NCBI GenBank assembly: GCA_965203035.1
Contig: OZ241858.1
Span: 2,347,685-2,411,684, forward strand
Direction: 5' to 3'
From: Candidatus Spongiisocius sp.
GTDB taxonomy: Bacteria > Actinomycetota > Acidimicrobiia > Spongiisociales > Spongiisociaceae
DNA: 64,000 nt
This document shows, in pieces, positions 48,814-58,660 of the stretch. The position numbers and the translations under genes were made by a program. Every line of letters starts with the position of its first letter. The stretch's first letter is position 1. The notes under the pieces are model-generated. The model worked only from the letters and a program-made list of their open reading frames with translations. It made no database searches and was not told where the DNA came from.

Positions 48814-49325
48814 GCATGCCGGCCGTCTCGATCGGCGGCCTCTACTACCGGATCGCCGACCCGGACTGGGCCGACCCGCTTGACCCGTCCTTCGCTTCAG
48901 CGCCACCGGGCCAACGATGGAACCCGGCTGGACTCGCATGCCTGTACCTAAACCACGACCAGACCACAGCCCGAGCCAATGTCACGAAACGGTTCGTGGG
49001 TCTCCCCTACGGCCCTGAGGACCTCGACCCGGCGACAGCCCCTCTGCTGCTCGGTGTTGACGTTCCCGATGGAGGGGCAGCCGACGCCTACACCGAAGCG
49101 GGCCTCACCGCCCTGGCACTACCCGCCACGTATCCCCGCGACACAGCCGGTGATGTGATCCCTCACAACGTGTGCCAGCCAATCGGCCGGGCAGCGTACG
49201 AAGCAGGACTGGACGGTGTCGACTGTCGATCCGCCGCAGCTGGCAGCTGCCGCGAACTCGCCTGGTTCCCCAGACGCAGAACGGCACCCGAGGCATCACG
49301 GCTCGCCTTCGACCAATGGTGGTAA
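48810..49325 (+). CDS. RES-domain toxin
   Basis: YYRIAD..GQRWN..LYL..CQPIGRAAYEAGLDGVDCRSAA..ELAWF. Confidence 0.8.
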   Translation: MSMPAVSIGGLYYRIADPDWADPLDPSFASAPPGQRWNPAGLACLYLNHDQTTARANVTKRFVGLPYGPEDLDPATAPLLLGVDVPDGGAADAYTEAGLTALALPATYPRDTAGDVIPHNVCQPIGRAAYEAGLDGVDCRSAAAGSCRELAWFPRRRTAPEASRLAFDQWW

Positions 49326-49544
49326 ATCAAGCCTCGAATCCGCCCCACTGAGTTCGGGTTTCGACTAGGTCTCCAGAAAGGTCGGCTGGGGCCGAATGAT
49401 TCTGTCCCAACCCTGACGAATGTGGTGTTTCCTCGCCAAGTGCAACGGGATCTGACAGGGATCGATCTTGACCTCCGGTTCAGCGACTTCCAGACTGTGC
49501 TCCACTTGCTACCCATGGGTCCTGATGCGGTGTTTCCCTGATAC

Positions 49545-49569
49545 AATCACCGCATATTATGCGGCGATT
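49545..49569. promoter_or_regulatory. Palindromic operator at the fic start
   Basis: AATCACCGCATA-T-TATGCGGCGATT (11/12 match), plus an upstream ATGCGGTG half-site. Confidence 0.55.
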
Positions 49570-50671
49570 GTATCTTCATGAGCAGCCGGATTGGCCCAAA
49601 CTCCGCTGGCAGACCGAGAAACTGGGGGACGGCCTAGCGGCTGTCCGCTACAAACAGGGACGCTTGGTGGGCCGGATGCAGTCGTTGGGGTTCGACCTGC
49701 AGCAGGAGGCGCTTCTCGAGACCCTGACCCAGGATGTTCACAAGTCCAGCGACATCGAGGGGGAACGGCTCGACCTGGAACAGGTCCGTTCCTCTGTCGG
49801 ACGTCGGCTCGGTATGGACATCGGCGGGCTTCGCCATGCGGAGGACAAGGTCGAGGGCGTGGTGGAGATGATGCTGGACGCAACCAGCAACTACGACCTA
49901 CCCCTTACACGACACCGGCTGTGGGGTTGGCAGGCTGCTCTCTTCCCGACCGGGCGTAGCCGTATGCGGCCGATAATCGTGGGCGACTGGCGTGACGACC
50001 GTACCGGACCGATGCAGGTGATCTCGGGGCCCGTCGGCAAGGAACGAGTGCATTTCGAAGCACCACCAGCGGAGCGGATCGACAGCGAGATGAACGCGTT
50101 CCTCAGGTGGTTCAACGACCCGTCGGACACTGACAGGGTGCTTCGGGCAGCATTGGCACATCTATGGTTCGTGACCATCCATCCCTTCGACGACGGCAAC
50201 GGACGCATCGCCCGGGCGATCAGTGACATGGCCCTAGCCCGCTCGGAGGACGGCTCACAACGCTTCTACAGCATGTCATCGCAGATCCGGTTGGAACGCC
50301 GCGACTACTACCGGATCCTCGAACGAACCCATATGGGAACACCGGACATCACCGAGTGGATGGAGTGGTTCCTAGCCTGCCTCGGCCGAGCCATCGACGG
50401 AGCCGAGACCACCCTCGCATCCGTGCTCACCAAAGCCCGCTTCCGGCAACAGATCGAAGGCGCACCCCTCAATACGCGCCAGCGGAGGGTCCTTACCCGA
50501 CTCCTGGACGGGTTCGAGGGCAAACTCACCACCTCGAAGTGGGCGAAGCTAGCCAAGTGCTCCCAAGACACCGCCCTGCGCGACATAACCGCCCTGGTAG
50601 ACGAGGGTATCCTCATCCGAAGCCGCGCCCGTGGTCGCAGCACCCACTACTCGCTCACCACCCGGCCATAG
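49559..50671 (+). CDS. Fic family protein (DUF4172 + Fic + wHTH)
   Basis: HPFDDGNGRIAR; SSDIEGE; C-terminal HTH SQDTALRDI. Confidence 0.92.
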   Translation: MRRLYLHEQPDWPKLRWQTEKLGDGLAAVRYKQGRLVGRMQSLGFDLQQEALLETLTQDVHKSSDIEGERLDLEQVRSSVGRRLGMDIGGLRHAEDKVEGVVEMMLDATSNYDLPLTRHRLWGWQAALFPTGRSRMRPIIVGDWRDDRTGPMQVISGPVGKERVHFEAPPAERIDSEMNAFLRWFNDPSDTDRVLRAALAHLWFVTIHPFDDGNGRIARAISDMALARSEDGSQRFYSMSSQIRLERRDYYRILERTHMGTPDITEWMEWFLACLGRAIDGAETTLASVLTKARFRQQIEGAPLNTRQRRVLTRLLDGFEGKLTTSKWAKLAKCSQDTALRDITALVDEGILIRSRARGRSTHYSLTTRP

Positions 50672-50737
50672 GCTTCGCTCTGATCCTGGCTACCACTTGT
50701 TGACAGCGGCGGTTCCAGATCCACAATCGGCGTTGGC

Positions 50738-50910
50738 CTAGCCGCCCGATGCCGCCAACCCGCCCTCCAAGGATGTCGGGCCGCCACGGTTCCCGAAGTC
50801 GAACTCGCACACGATCGGGAGGTGGTCGCTCAGTTTCGGCCTCGGGCCGAACACTTCCTGACGGCTCAGTACCCGAGCAGACCTGAGACGTTCGAGTAAG
50901 CCTGCGCTCG
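50738..50910 (-). pseudogene. 3' remnant of an endonuclease/exonuclease/phosphatase (EEP) gene
   Basis: Translates as SAGLLERLRSARVLSRQEVFGPRPKLSDHLPIVCEF (SDHxP motif); no start. Confidence 0.55.
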
Positions 50911-50921
50911 TGCGATGGGCT

Positions 50922-52289
50922 TCAGTCGGGCGGGGGTCTTGACGCCACTAGTCCGGCCTGTTCCAGGTACTCCCCGACATCGAGCAGGAGCTCCTCCTCC
51001 CACCAGGGAGCGATCAACTGCACTGCCGGAGGGGGCGTCCATTCATCGGCGAGGGGCAGCGAGATTGCCGGGCAGCCCAACACGTTGACCGGGGACGTGA
51101 AGCCGCCCATCACATCGCCGGTCCAGTGGCGTTTGCCCCCGACCACGATCCCGTCGACCCCGATCGTCTTGCGGTTGGCGCCGACCGTCGGCGTCAGGAT
51201 CAGGTCGTATTCGGAGAGAATCCTCCGGGCCACCTGGACCATTCCGGCCCTCCATCGCAGCGCTTGCGTGTATTCGTCGGTCGTGGTGCGTATCGCCGTC
51301 TCCACGCGCCCCCGGACTTCGGGTCCGTATGGCTTGTCGGGGTCGTCGATCCATTGCCGGTGGACCGCGGCTGCCTCGGCGGAGGACAGCGCCATGCGGA
51401 TCGGATCCGGGACCAAAGCCGGGTTCCGCAACGGCTCGACCCTCGGGCCGGCTTCCCCGAGCAACTCGTAGAACGTTTCGAAGGAGGTTCGTATCGCATC
51501 AGACGTCGGCACCCACTCGAGCCAGTCCAGTGGCAGGGCGACCCGGACCCCATCCGGTGAGCCGAGCCTGCGACCTTGTATGTCCCTGGGGTCGGACCAG
51601 GGGTCGCTCCGGTCGAATCCCTTCATGGCCCTGTACACGAGGCGGGCGTCGGCGCAGGTGGTGGCCAGCGGTCCCACGGTGTCCATCGATCCGGCGAACG
51701 GGAACACCCCTGTCAGCGGGACCCGGCCGTGGGTCACCTTGAGGCCGACGGTGCCGCACATGGCGGCCGGCACCCGTACCGAGCCTCCTGTGTCCGTGCC
51801 GATGGCGGCCGGGGCCATCCCCGCCGCGACGGCTACGGCCGATCCCCCGGACGACCCGCCCGGCGACAAATTGCGGTCCCAAGGGTTGCGAACCACCCCG
51901 AACCAGGGATTCTCGGAGGTGCCTCCGTACGCGAACTCGTCCAGCCCGGTGCGGCCCATGATGATCGCCCCCGCGGCCTCTAGGCGTTCGACCACAGGGG
52001 CCGATACCGCGGCTTCGTTCCGGTAGAAGGCCGACCCGGCGGTAGTCACATGCCCGGCATGATCGATCAGGTCCTTGAGGGCGATCGGGACGCCCGCCAG
52101 CGAGCCGGCGCGGGATCCGGCGTCGACCAGGTCAGCCTGCCGCAGCGCTCCGACGGGATCGAGTTCGGTGAATGCGTTGAGGTCCGGGTTCTTCGCTTCG
52201 GCGATCTCGAGGTAACGCTCGACCACCTCGCGGGCGGTCCGCCTGCCGTCGCTGACAGCCCTGACGATGGACTCGACGGGGCCTACCAT
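50922..52289 (-). CDS. Amidase-signature family amidase
   Basis: GVPIALKD, PGGSSGGS, GTDTGGSVRVPA. Confidence 0.93.
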   Translation of the reverse strand: MVGPVESIVRAVSDGRRTAREVVERYLEIAEAKNPDLNAFTELDPVGALRQADLVDAGSRAGSLAGVPIALKDLIDHAGHVTTAGSAFYRNEAAVSAPVVERLEAAGAIIMGRTGLDEFAYGGTSENPWFGVVRNPWDRNLSPGGSSGGSAVAVAAGMAPAAIGTDTGGSVRVPAAMCGTVGLKVTHGRVPLTGVFPFAGSMDTVGPLATTCADARLVYRAMKGFDRSDPWSDPRDIQGRRLGSPDGVRVALPLDWLEWVPTSDAIRTSFETFYELLGEAGPRVEPLRNPALVPDPIRMALSSAEAAAVHRQWIDDPDKPYGPEVRGRVETAIRTTTDEYTQALRWRAGMVQVARRILSEYDLILTPTVGANRKTIGVDGIVVGGKRHWTGDVMGGFTSPVNVLGCPAISLPLADEWTPPPAVQLIAPWWEEELLLDVGEYLEQAGLVASRPPPD

Positions 52290-52429
52290 TGCCCTGCTAT
52301 CTCCATGCTCTCGGACTTTATCTCGCCGAACTTGAACTGAACCACCTCCACCCTGCTGTACGAGATCACGGGGTCGGACGCGTGGGAGAGGCCATCGCTA
52401 GGATCGGGCGCGGTTACCGGGAGGAAGTG

Positions 52430-53266
52430 ATGCTCAAGCGCCTGACTGCCGAAGAAGTTGCTCAGTACCGGCAAGACGGGTACATCTGCCCGGTCCGGGT
52501 GATGGATGCCGCCCGTGCGGCCGGGTACCGGCAGACGCTCGAGCGTTTCGAGTCCGAGCAGGGCGGGCCCGTGTCCGGGGCGCTTCGCAACAAGTGCCAC
52601 CTGCTGTTCCGCTGGGTCGACGAGTTGATGCGCGACGAGACGGTGCTCGACGCGGTCGAGGACCTGATCGGCGAGAACATCCTCTGCTGGAACACCCTGT
52701 TCTGGATCAAGGAACCCGAGACCAAGTCCTACGTGTCGTGGCACCAGGACCTCAACTACTGGGGGCTGGACACCGACGACCTGATAACGGTGTGGCTGGC
52801 CTTGTCACCCGCCACACCCGAGAGCGGCTGCATGAGCGTCCTGCCGGGAAGCCACCGGGGCGAGTTCATGCCCCATAGCGACACGTTCCAAGAGGACAAC
52901 ATGCTGACCCGTGGCCAGGAGATCACGGTGGAGGTCGACGAGGCCGAGACCGTCTCGATGCCGTTAGGGCCCGGCGAGATCTCGATGCACAACGGCCGCT
53001 TGGCTCATGCCTCCTCCCCCAATACGTCCGGAGACCGCCGGATCGGCGTCTCGTTCCACTACATGCCCACCAGGACCCGCCAGATCATCGGCGACTGGGA
53101 CAGCGCGGCCTTGGTCCGGGGCGAGGACACCTACCGGCACTTCACCCACACTCCTCGGCCCACCAGGGATTTCGACCCGGAAACGGTGAAGTTCCACAGC
53201 AAGGCCTCCGACGCCGTGCGCGACATCCTGTTCCACGGTGCCGACAAGGTACGACAGACCCTCTGA
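52430..53266 (+). CDS. Phytanoyl-CoA dioxygenase (PhyH) family Fe(II)/2OG dioxygenase
   Basis: WHQD, VLPGSH, HASSPNTSGDRR. Confidence 0.92.
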   Translation: MLKRLTAEEVAQYRQDGYICPVRVMDAARAAGYRQTLERFESEQGGPVSGALRNKCHLLFRWVDELMRDETVLDAVEDLIGENILCWNTLFWIKEPETKSYVSWHQDLNYWGLDTDDLITVWLALSPATPESGCMSVLPGSHRGEFMPHSDTFQEDNMLTRGQEITVEVDEAETVSMPLGPGEISMHNGRLAHASSPNTSGDRRIGVSFHYMPTRTRQIIGDWDSAALVRGEDTYRHFTHTPRPTRDFDPETVKFHSKASDAVRDILFHGADKVRQTL

Positions 53267-53358
53267 GCCGGATCCGATCCGTACCAGCTGAAACTCAGAC
53301 CACTACAGCTCGCTTACCCACCAGGCACGGCAGGACGTGGGTACCGATTCCACTTCGT

Positions 53359-53375
53359 GTATACATAATGTATAC
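53359..53375. promoter_or_regulatory. Palindromic TA operator overlapping the -10 region
   Basis: GTATACAT-A-ATGTATAC, a perfect 8-bp inverted repeat 7 nt before the ATG. Confidence 0.65.
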
Positions 53376-53382
53376 TTCGATC

Positions 53383-53619
53383 ATGGGAACTACAACAGTC
53401 CGGATAGACCGGGAAACTCACGCGCGCCTCATGCGGATGAGCGAATTGGCCGGTGTATCTCTCGGAGCGACCATCCGGGAAGCGGCCGAGGCGCTTAGTC
53501 GCCAACGGTTCGCCCATCGCGTGGCGGCTGAGGTGGAGGAACTGCGGAAGGACCGAGCAGCATGGTCGTCCTACCTGGAGCAGGCGGAGTCGACTTCGGT
53601 TGCCGATGGCCTCGATTGA
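53383..53619 (+). CDS. RHH-like antitoxin
   Basis: TTTVRIDRETHARL; acidic tail VADGLD; overlaps the toxin gene. Confidence 0.8.
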   Translation: MGTTTVRIDRETHARLMRMSELAGVSLGATIREAAEALSRQRFAHRVAAEVEELRKDRAAWSSYLEQAESTSVADGLD

Positions 53620-53944
53620 CGAACTCTGGCTCGTAGACTTCGGCAACCCCTATCCCGGAGAGCCGGCATCGCCGCGGCCGGCCCTAAACATCGGTCCGCC
53701 ACCGACGTTCGGGACCGGATTCCCGTTCGTCATCGTCGTTCCGCTGACAACAACGTTTCGGCGCCTTTCTCTCCATGTCGAAGTCGAGCCGACACCCCAA
53801 ACGGGTCTCGACCGCACGAGCTTCATCCAATGCGAGCTCATTCGCTCGATCAACCGCAGCAGACTCGTTCGCCGTCTCGGTTTGGTAGCCCCCGACATCA
53901 GTCATCAGGTCAGGCGCATAATCAGAACACTCCTGGACTACTGA
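53606..53944 (+). CDS. mazF: MazF/PemK family toxin
   Basis: LWLVDFGNPYPGE..RPAL..VVPLTT..CELIRSINRSRL. Confidence 0.87.
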   Translation: MASIDELWLVDFGNPYPGEPASPRPALNIGPPPTFGTGFPFVIVVPLTTTFRRLSLHVEVEPTPQTGLDRTSFIQCELIRSINRSRLVRRLGLVAPDISHQVRRIIRTLLDY

Positions 53945-54126
53945 GCATCGGGGAGGGAGGGTCTCTGGTGGGCGGGGACGGTACCGATCACGACCCGCTT
54001 CGGCCGGGCGACCCCGTCGGCAGACCTGGAGTCCGGCTCGAGCGTCCCGGGACCCGTGCGTGCGCTGACCGATCTGACGCTAGACGAACGCCGGCAGCCT
54101 CATCGCAGGTGACATAGAAAGAGAGA

Positions 54127-55749
54127 TCAGAGACCGATGGCGCAGCCGTCGCCCCTGGGATCGGAGCCGCCCCAGAGGACGCCCGTCTCCGGATCGCGCA
54201 CGATGATCTGCCCTCGGCCTACCACCCTTGTTCGCAGGGCGCCCGAAGCGGGACGGACGGGGTGCCCGAGTCGGGCCAGGGCGCTGATCGTGCCCTCGGG
54301 TATGGTGTCCTCAACCCAGATATGACCATTGGGCGGGTCGTCGTAGATCGAGAAGCGAGGCTCGTCTATGGCACTCTGGGGATCCATGCCGCGATCCACC
54401 AGATTGATGACCGCCTGGACGTGTCCCTGGGGCTGATTCCACGCGCCCATCACCCCGAAGGGTCCCACGAGCGACCCGTCCGGCCGGGTGAGCATGGCAG
54501 GGATGATGGTGTGGTAGGGGCGCTTCCCGCCCTCCATGGCATTGGGGTGGTCCGGTTCGAGGACGAACCCGGCACCCCGGTTCTGCAGGCTGAATCCGCA
54601 GCTACGGGGTACGATGCCGCTTCCGAAGCCGTGATAGTTGCTGTTGATGAAGGAGCATGCGTTCCCCTCTCCGTCGACCGCGCATAGGTAGACGGTGTCG
54701 GAGCCGCCCGGCAGGTATCCGGCGGTTGCGAACTCGATCGCGCCCTCGGAGGAAATGAGCCGGCGACGCTTCGCCGCGTACCGTTTGCTGAGCATTGCGG
54801 CGACGGGGACGCGGGAGCGGGTGGGATCCGCGACGTAGGCCCGGGCGTCGGCGAAGGCCAGGCGGATCGCCTCGATGGTCGTGTGCAACGCTTCCGGCGA
54901 CCTCGGTCGGGTCGAGGGGATGTCGAATCCCTCCAGGATGTTCAGAGCCATTAGCGCGGTGATGCCCTGGCCGTTGGGAGGACACTCGTAGACGGTGTAG
55001 CCACGGTAGGTGGTTGAGATCGGGCTGTCGAAGGATGAACTGTGATCCCGCAGGTCCTCGGCCGTCATGCAGCCGCCGTTCATCTGCAGAGCCTCTACGA
55101 TGGCCCGCGCCGGCCACCCACTGTAGAAGGCATCGGCGCCGCCCTCCGCCACGGCACGCATCACCCGGGCGATGGACGCGTTTCTCCACACCTCCCCTGG
55201 CCCTGGAGCACGGCCGTCCACCAGCAGGTCGTGGCCGGCAGGTCCCCTCGCCCTCAAGAGGTCTTCTTGCCCCTTCCAGCCGCCGCTGATGATAGGCGTC
55301 ACCGGAAACCCGTCCTCGGCCAGCGCTATGGCCGGTGCCAGCACCTCAGCCATCGACATTCGCCCGAAGCGCTCCACGGTGTCCACCCAGCCTGCGACCG
55401 CGCCGGGCACCGTCACCGCGTGGGGTCCGTGGGGATCGAAGCCGGCCGGTCCCCCGGCCATTTCCAGTGTCAGAGCCTTGGGGCTCCGTCCGCTGCCGTT
55501 GACGGCATCGACCACACCTCGACCGGAGTCATAGATGAGGGCAAAGCAGTCACCGCCGATGCCCGTGGAACCCGGTTCGACCACCGCCAGCGCCGCGGCG
55601 GTCGCAACGGCGGCGTCAGCTGCATTGCCGCCCGACTGCAGCACCGAGATTCCGGCCAGGGTGGCCAGCGGCTGGCTTGCGGCCACCACAGCCCTCGTGG
55701 ACAGGATGGGCGAGCGTCGGGACTCCCATCGGATCCGGTGTTCATACAC
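54127..55749 (-). CDS. ggt: Gamma-glutamyltransferase family protein
   Basis: GGNAADAA, TVPGAV, DTVYL (nucleophile Thr), LQNRG, PYHTIIP, SDPRGDG. Confidence 0.92.
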   Translation of the reverse strand: MYEHRIRWESRRSPILSTRAVVAASQPLATLAGISVLQSGGNAADAAVATAAALAVVEPGSTGIGGDCFALIYDSGRGVVDAVNGSGRSPKALTLEMAGGPAGFDPHGPHAVTVPGAVAGWVDTVERFGRMSMAEVLAPAIALAEDGFPVTPIISGGWKGQEDLLRARGPAGHDLLVDGRAPGPGEVWRNASIARVMRAVAEGGADAFYSGWPARAIVEALQMNGGCMTAEDLRDHSSSFDSPISTTYRGYTVYECPPNGQGITALMALNILEGFDIPSTRPRSPEALHTTIEAIRLAFADARAYVADPTRSRVPVAAMLSKRYAAKRRRLISSEGAIEFATAGYLPGGSDTVYLCAVDGEGNACSFINSNYHGFGSGIVPRSCGFSLQNRGAGFVLEPDHPNAMEGGKRPYHTIIPAMLTRPDGSLVGPFGVMGAWNQPQGHVQAVINLVDRGMDPQSAIDEPRFSIYDDPPNGHIWVEDTIPEGTISALARLGHPVRPASGALRTRVVGRGQIIVRDPETGVLWGGSDPRGDGCAIGL

Positions 55750-55935
55750 GCTCCCAGGCTACCCGGTCGCGGAGCACGGACTCAGGCGGCGCCAGTTCGT
55801 CGCGCGGTCATTCACCACCGGGATCAAAGCGTCATCACGAAACGGGCCGGCCGCAGCCGGGCGGATAGCTTGCGATGAGACCGTATTCGGGACTCGTGGC
55901 AGGCGCCGGGGGAAGTCCGTCGACCCGCGCAACCG

Positions 55936-57111
55936 TCACGTAGGGCCGGCGTCATGGAGGCGCGCCCACGGCATGAGCGTCCCGGCCGACCGGACCTGGA
56001 GTTCGTCACCCCCGTACACCACCATGATGTCGGATTGGCGAGGTATGGAGGTCAAGTGCCGCTGGACCGTCCTTCCAGCACCGAAGAAGCTAGAAGACGG
56101 GGTGATCGCCGACTTGGCTTCCACCAGGGTGATCCTGTCCGGCTGATCGATCAGCAGGTCGGTCTCGACGCCGTTGCGATCCCGATAGAACGAGAGCCCA
56201 CCCGGCTCTCCCAGGTTGGCCCGCTGCTTGGTGATCTCGGAGACAACCCATGTCTCGAAGATCGCGCCCCGCAGCGGATGAGAACGCAAATGTTCGGGTG
56301 TCCGGATGCCGAGAAGCCAGCAGACCAGGCCCGTGTCGTAGAAATGCAGCTTGGGCATCTTGACGAGGCGCTTGCGTGGGTTCGAACGAAAGGCGGGAAG
56401 CCGGAACACCACGAACCCTGCTTCGAGGACCGAAAGCCACGCCTTCGCGGTCGGCTGCGATACTCCGCAGTCGCCTGCGAGGGACGAGTAGTTGAGCAAC
56501 TGGGCGGTGCGTCCGGCGCACAGTTGAACGAACCGTTGGAAGGTGGCGAGATCTCCGATGGTCCTGATCGATCGGACGTCGCGTTCAACGTAGGTGGCGA
56601 CGTAGGATCGGAGCCAGTCGGATGGGTCGAGGTCACGGTCAAATATTCGCGGATAGGAACCTGCCAGAAGTGACTCCTCAAGACCGGTCGGGTAACGGGG
56701 AAAGCGCACGATCTCGCCACGGGTCAGCGTGAACAGATTGTGGAGGGCTGTCCGCCCGGCCAGCGACTGGCTCACCGCCTCCAGCAAAGCGAGATTCTGC
56801 GATCCGGTCAGGATCCAACGTCCGGGCGCCGGATCGTCATCTATGAGGCCTTGGAGGTACGACAGGATGTGCGGTGCTCGCTGCACCTCGTCGATCACCG
56901 CACCCTCGGAGAGCCGGGCCAGGAAACCGCGAGGATCGTCTGTGGCGAACGAGTGCGTATCCGGAGCCTCAAGGGTCACGTAGGAATGATCGGGGAAGAG
57001 CGTGCGGCACAGAGTGGTCTTGCCGCTCTGGCGTGGTCCGGTCAGGGTGACGGCCGGCATCCTCCGCGCTGCCGCGAGTACCTGCGGTGCCAGGTCCCTG
57101 TCGATCAGCAT
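55936..57111 (-). CDS. AAA_14 ATPase with DUF4143 domain
   Basis: GPRQSGKTT, IDEVQ, LTGS, ESLAGR-like motif, PKLHFYDTGL, ETDLLI..EAK. Confidence 0.92.
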   Translation of the reverse strand: MLIDRDLAPQVLAAARRMPAVTLTGPRQSGKTTLCRTLFPDHSYVTLEAPDTHSFATDDPRGFLARLSEGAVIDEVQRAPHILSYLQGLIDDDPAPGRWILTGSQNLALLEAVSQSLAGRTALHNLFTLTRGEIVRFPRYPTGLEESLLAGSYPRIFDRDLDPSDWLRSYVATYVERDVRSIRTIGDLATFQRFVQLCAGRTAQLLNYSSLAGDCGVSQPTAKAWLSVLEAGFVVFRLPAFRSNPRKRLVKMPKLHFYDTGLVCWLLGIRTPEHLRSHPLRGAIFETWVVSEITKQRANLGEPGGLSFYRDRNGVETDLLIDQPDRITLVEAKSAITPSSSFFGAGRTVQRHLTSIPRQSDIMVVYGGDELQVRSAGTLMPWARLHDAGPT

Positions 57112-57133
57112 GCACAGGAGCTTACACCAGATT

Positions 57134-57166
57134 AGGCTAATTCAAAGTTCAATTATGAAATAGCCT
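57134..57166. promoter_or_regulatory. AT-rich inverted repeat upstream of the AAA-DUF4143 gene
   Basis: AGGCTAATTCA-N11-TGAAATAGCCT (10/11 match). Confidence 0.4.
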
Positions 57167-57178
57167 GGATTCTTGGCG

Positions 57179-58660
57179 CTATTCGCTGTCCTCTTGCCAG
57201 CGGAGGACGGGGCGGCGGGCGGCGGTGGCCTCATCCAGGCGGCCTATGGGTGCGGTCCAGGGCGCGTGGTGCAAGGTGTCAGGATCGCTCTCGGCCTCTT
57301 CGGCCACCGCGATCAGGGCATCGACCAAGGCTTCGATGGCTTCGGGAGGCTCGGATTCGGTGGGCTCGATCATGAGGGCCTCTTCGACGATCAGCGGGAA
57401 GTAGACCGTGGGCGGGTGGAAGCCGTGGTCGATCAGTCGCTTGGCGATGTCGTAGGTCCGCACCCCGAGTTCCCGGCGCTGTCGGGAGCCGGAGAAGACG
57501 ACCTCATGCAGCACCGGACGGTCGTACGGCAGGTCGTAATGGCCATGGAGGAGGGCGCGGACGTAGTTGGCGTTGAGCACGGCCTGGCCGGAGGCGGCGC
57601 GCAGGCCGTCGAGCCCCAGCGCTCGCATGTATGCATAGGCCCGTACCAGAACGCCGGCATTGCCTTGGAACTGCTGGAGCCGGCCGATGCTGCGCTCGGG
57701 AGCGACCAGATGCACGAGACCGTCGTCGCCTTCTTCCACCACCGGCGTGGGCAGGTAAGGAGCCAACTCCTCCGAACACAATACGGGTCCGGAGCCGGGG
57801 CCGCCGCCACCATGGGGAGTGCTGAAGCTCTTGTGAAGGTTGAGGTGAACGACATCGAAGCCCAGGTCTCCGAAGCGCACCCGGCCCATGATCGCGTTGA
57901 AGTTCGCTCCGTCCCCGTACAGGTATCCGCCGGCGTCGTGGATGAGCCGGGCGACCTCCTCGATACCGTTTTCCCACAGGCCGAGGGTATTCGGGGCGGT
58001 GACCATGACGGCCGCTACGGTCTCGTCGAGCTCTCGCTCGATCGTGGCCCGGTCGAGCGAGCCATCGGCCCCGGTCGGGATCTGGGTGACCTTGAATCCG
58101 GCCATGGCCGCGGTTGCAGGATTGGTGCCATGGGCCGAATCCGGAACGAGGATGCGGCGGCGGGTTTCCAGCTCTCCCCGATCCTCGAGGGCGCGGGCCA
58201 CCATGAAGACGCCTGCCAGTTCTCCATGTGCGCCCGCCGCGGGAGCGAAGCTGACATTCGGAAGGCCGGTGAGCTCTCCCAGACCACGACCCAGCTCCAG
58301 CTGGATACGCAGCGTGCCCTGGATGTCCTCCGACGGAGCCTGCGGATGTGCTCGTGCGAGCCCCGGAAGGTTGGCCACCGTGTCGTTGACCTTCGGGTTG
58401 TACTTCATGGTGCAGGAGCCCAACGGGTACGTGCCCGAGTCGATGCCGAAGTTCCGCGCCGACATGGCCGTGTAGTAGCGCACCAGCCCTCCCTGGCTGA
58501 GCTCGGGCAACTGCACCGAGTCGCGCAGCAAGCGATCGTCCGGCAGTGGAGTCTCCTCCCCTGCCCATGCAGGCACATCGACCGCACGCCGGCCCGGCTC
58601 CCCGCGATCGAAGCTGAGGCGCGCACCGAAGTCATCGTTGCCAGGCCGGGAACCGCTCAT
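57179..58660 (-). CDS. gcvPB: Glycine dehydrogenase subunit 2
   Basis: PLGSCTMKYNP, SAHGTNPA, HLNLHKSFSTPHGGGGPG, MIEPTESE. Confidence 0.96.
   Translation of the reverse strand: MSGSRPGNDDFGARLSFDRGEPGRRAVDVPAWAGEETPLPDDRLLRDSVQLPELSQGGLVRYYTAMSARNFGIDSGTYPLGSCTMKYNPKVNDTVANLPGLARAHPQAPSEDIQGTLRIQLELGRGLGELTGLPNVSFAPAAGAHGELAGVFMVARALEDRGELETRRRILVPDSAHGTNPATAAMAGFKVTQIPTGADGSLDRATIERELDETVAAVMVTAPNTLGLWENGIEEVARLIHDAGGYLYGDGANFNAIMGRVRFGDLGFDVVHLNLHKSFSTPHGGGGPGSGPVLCSEELAPYLPTPVVEEGDDGLVHLVAPERSIGRLQQFQGNAGVLVRAYAYMRALGLDGLRAASGQAVLNANYVRALLHGHYDLPYDRPVLHEVVFSGSRQRRELGVRTYDIAKRLIDHGFHPPTVYFPLIVEEALMIEPTESEPPEAIEALVDALIAVAEEAESDPDTLHHAPWTAPIGRLDEATAARRPVLRWQEDSE

Noticed and set aside
53356-53385. 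CATAA-TGTATA resembles the left arm and spacer of dif
   Set aside because: The right arm lacks TTATG; better explained as the palindromic TA operator.
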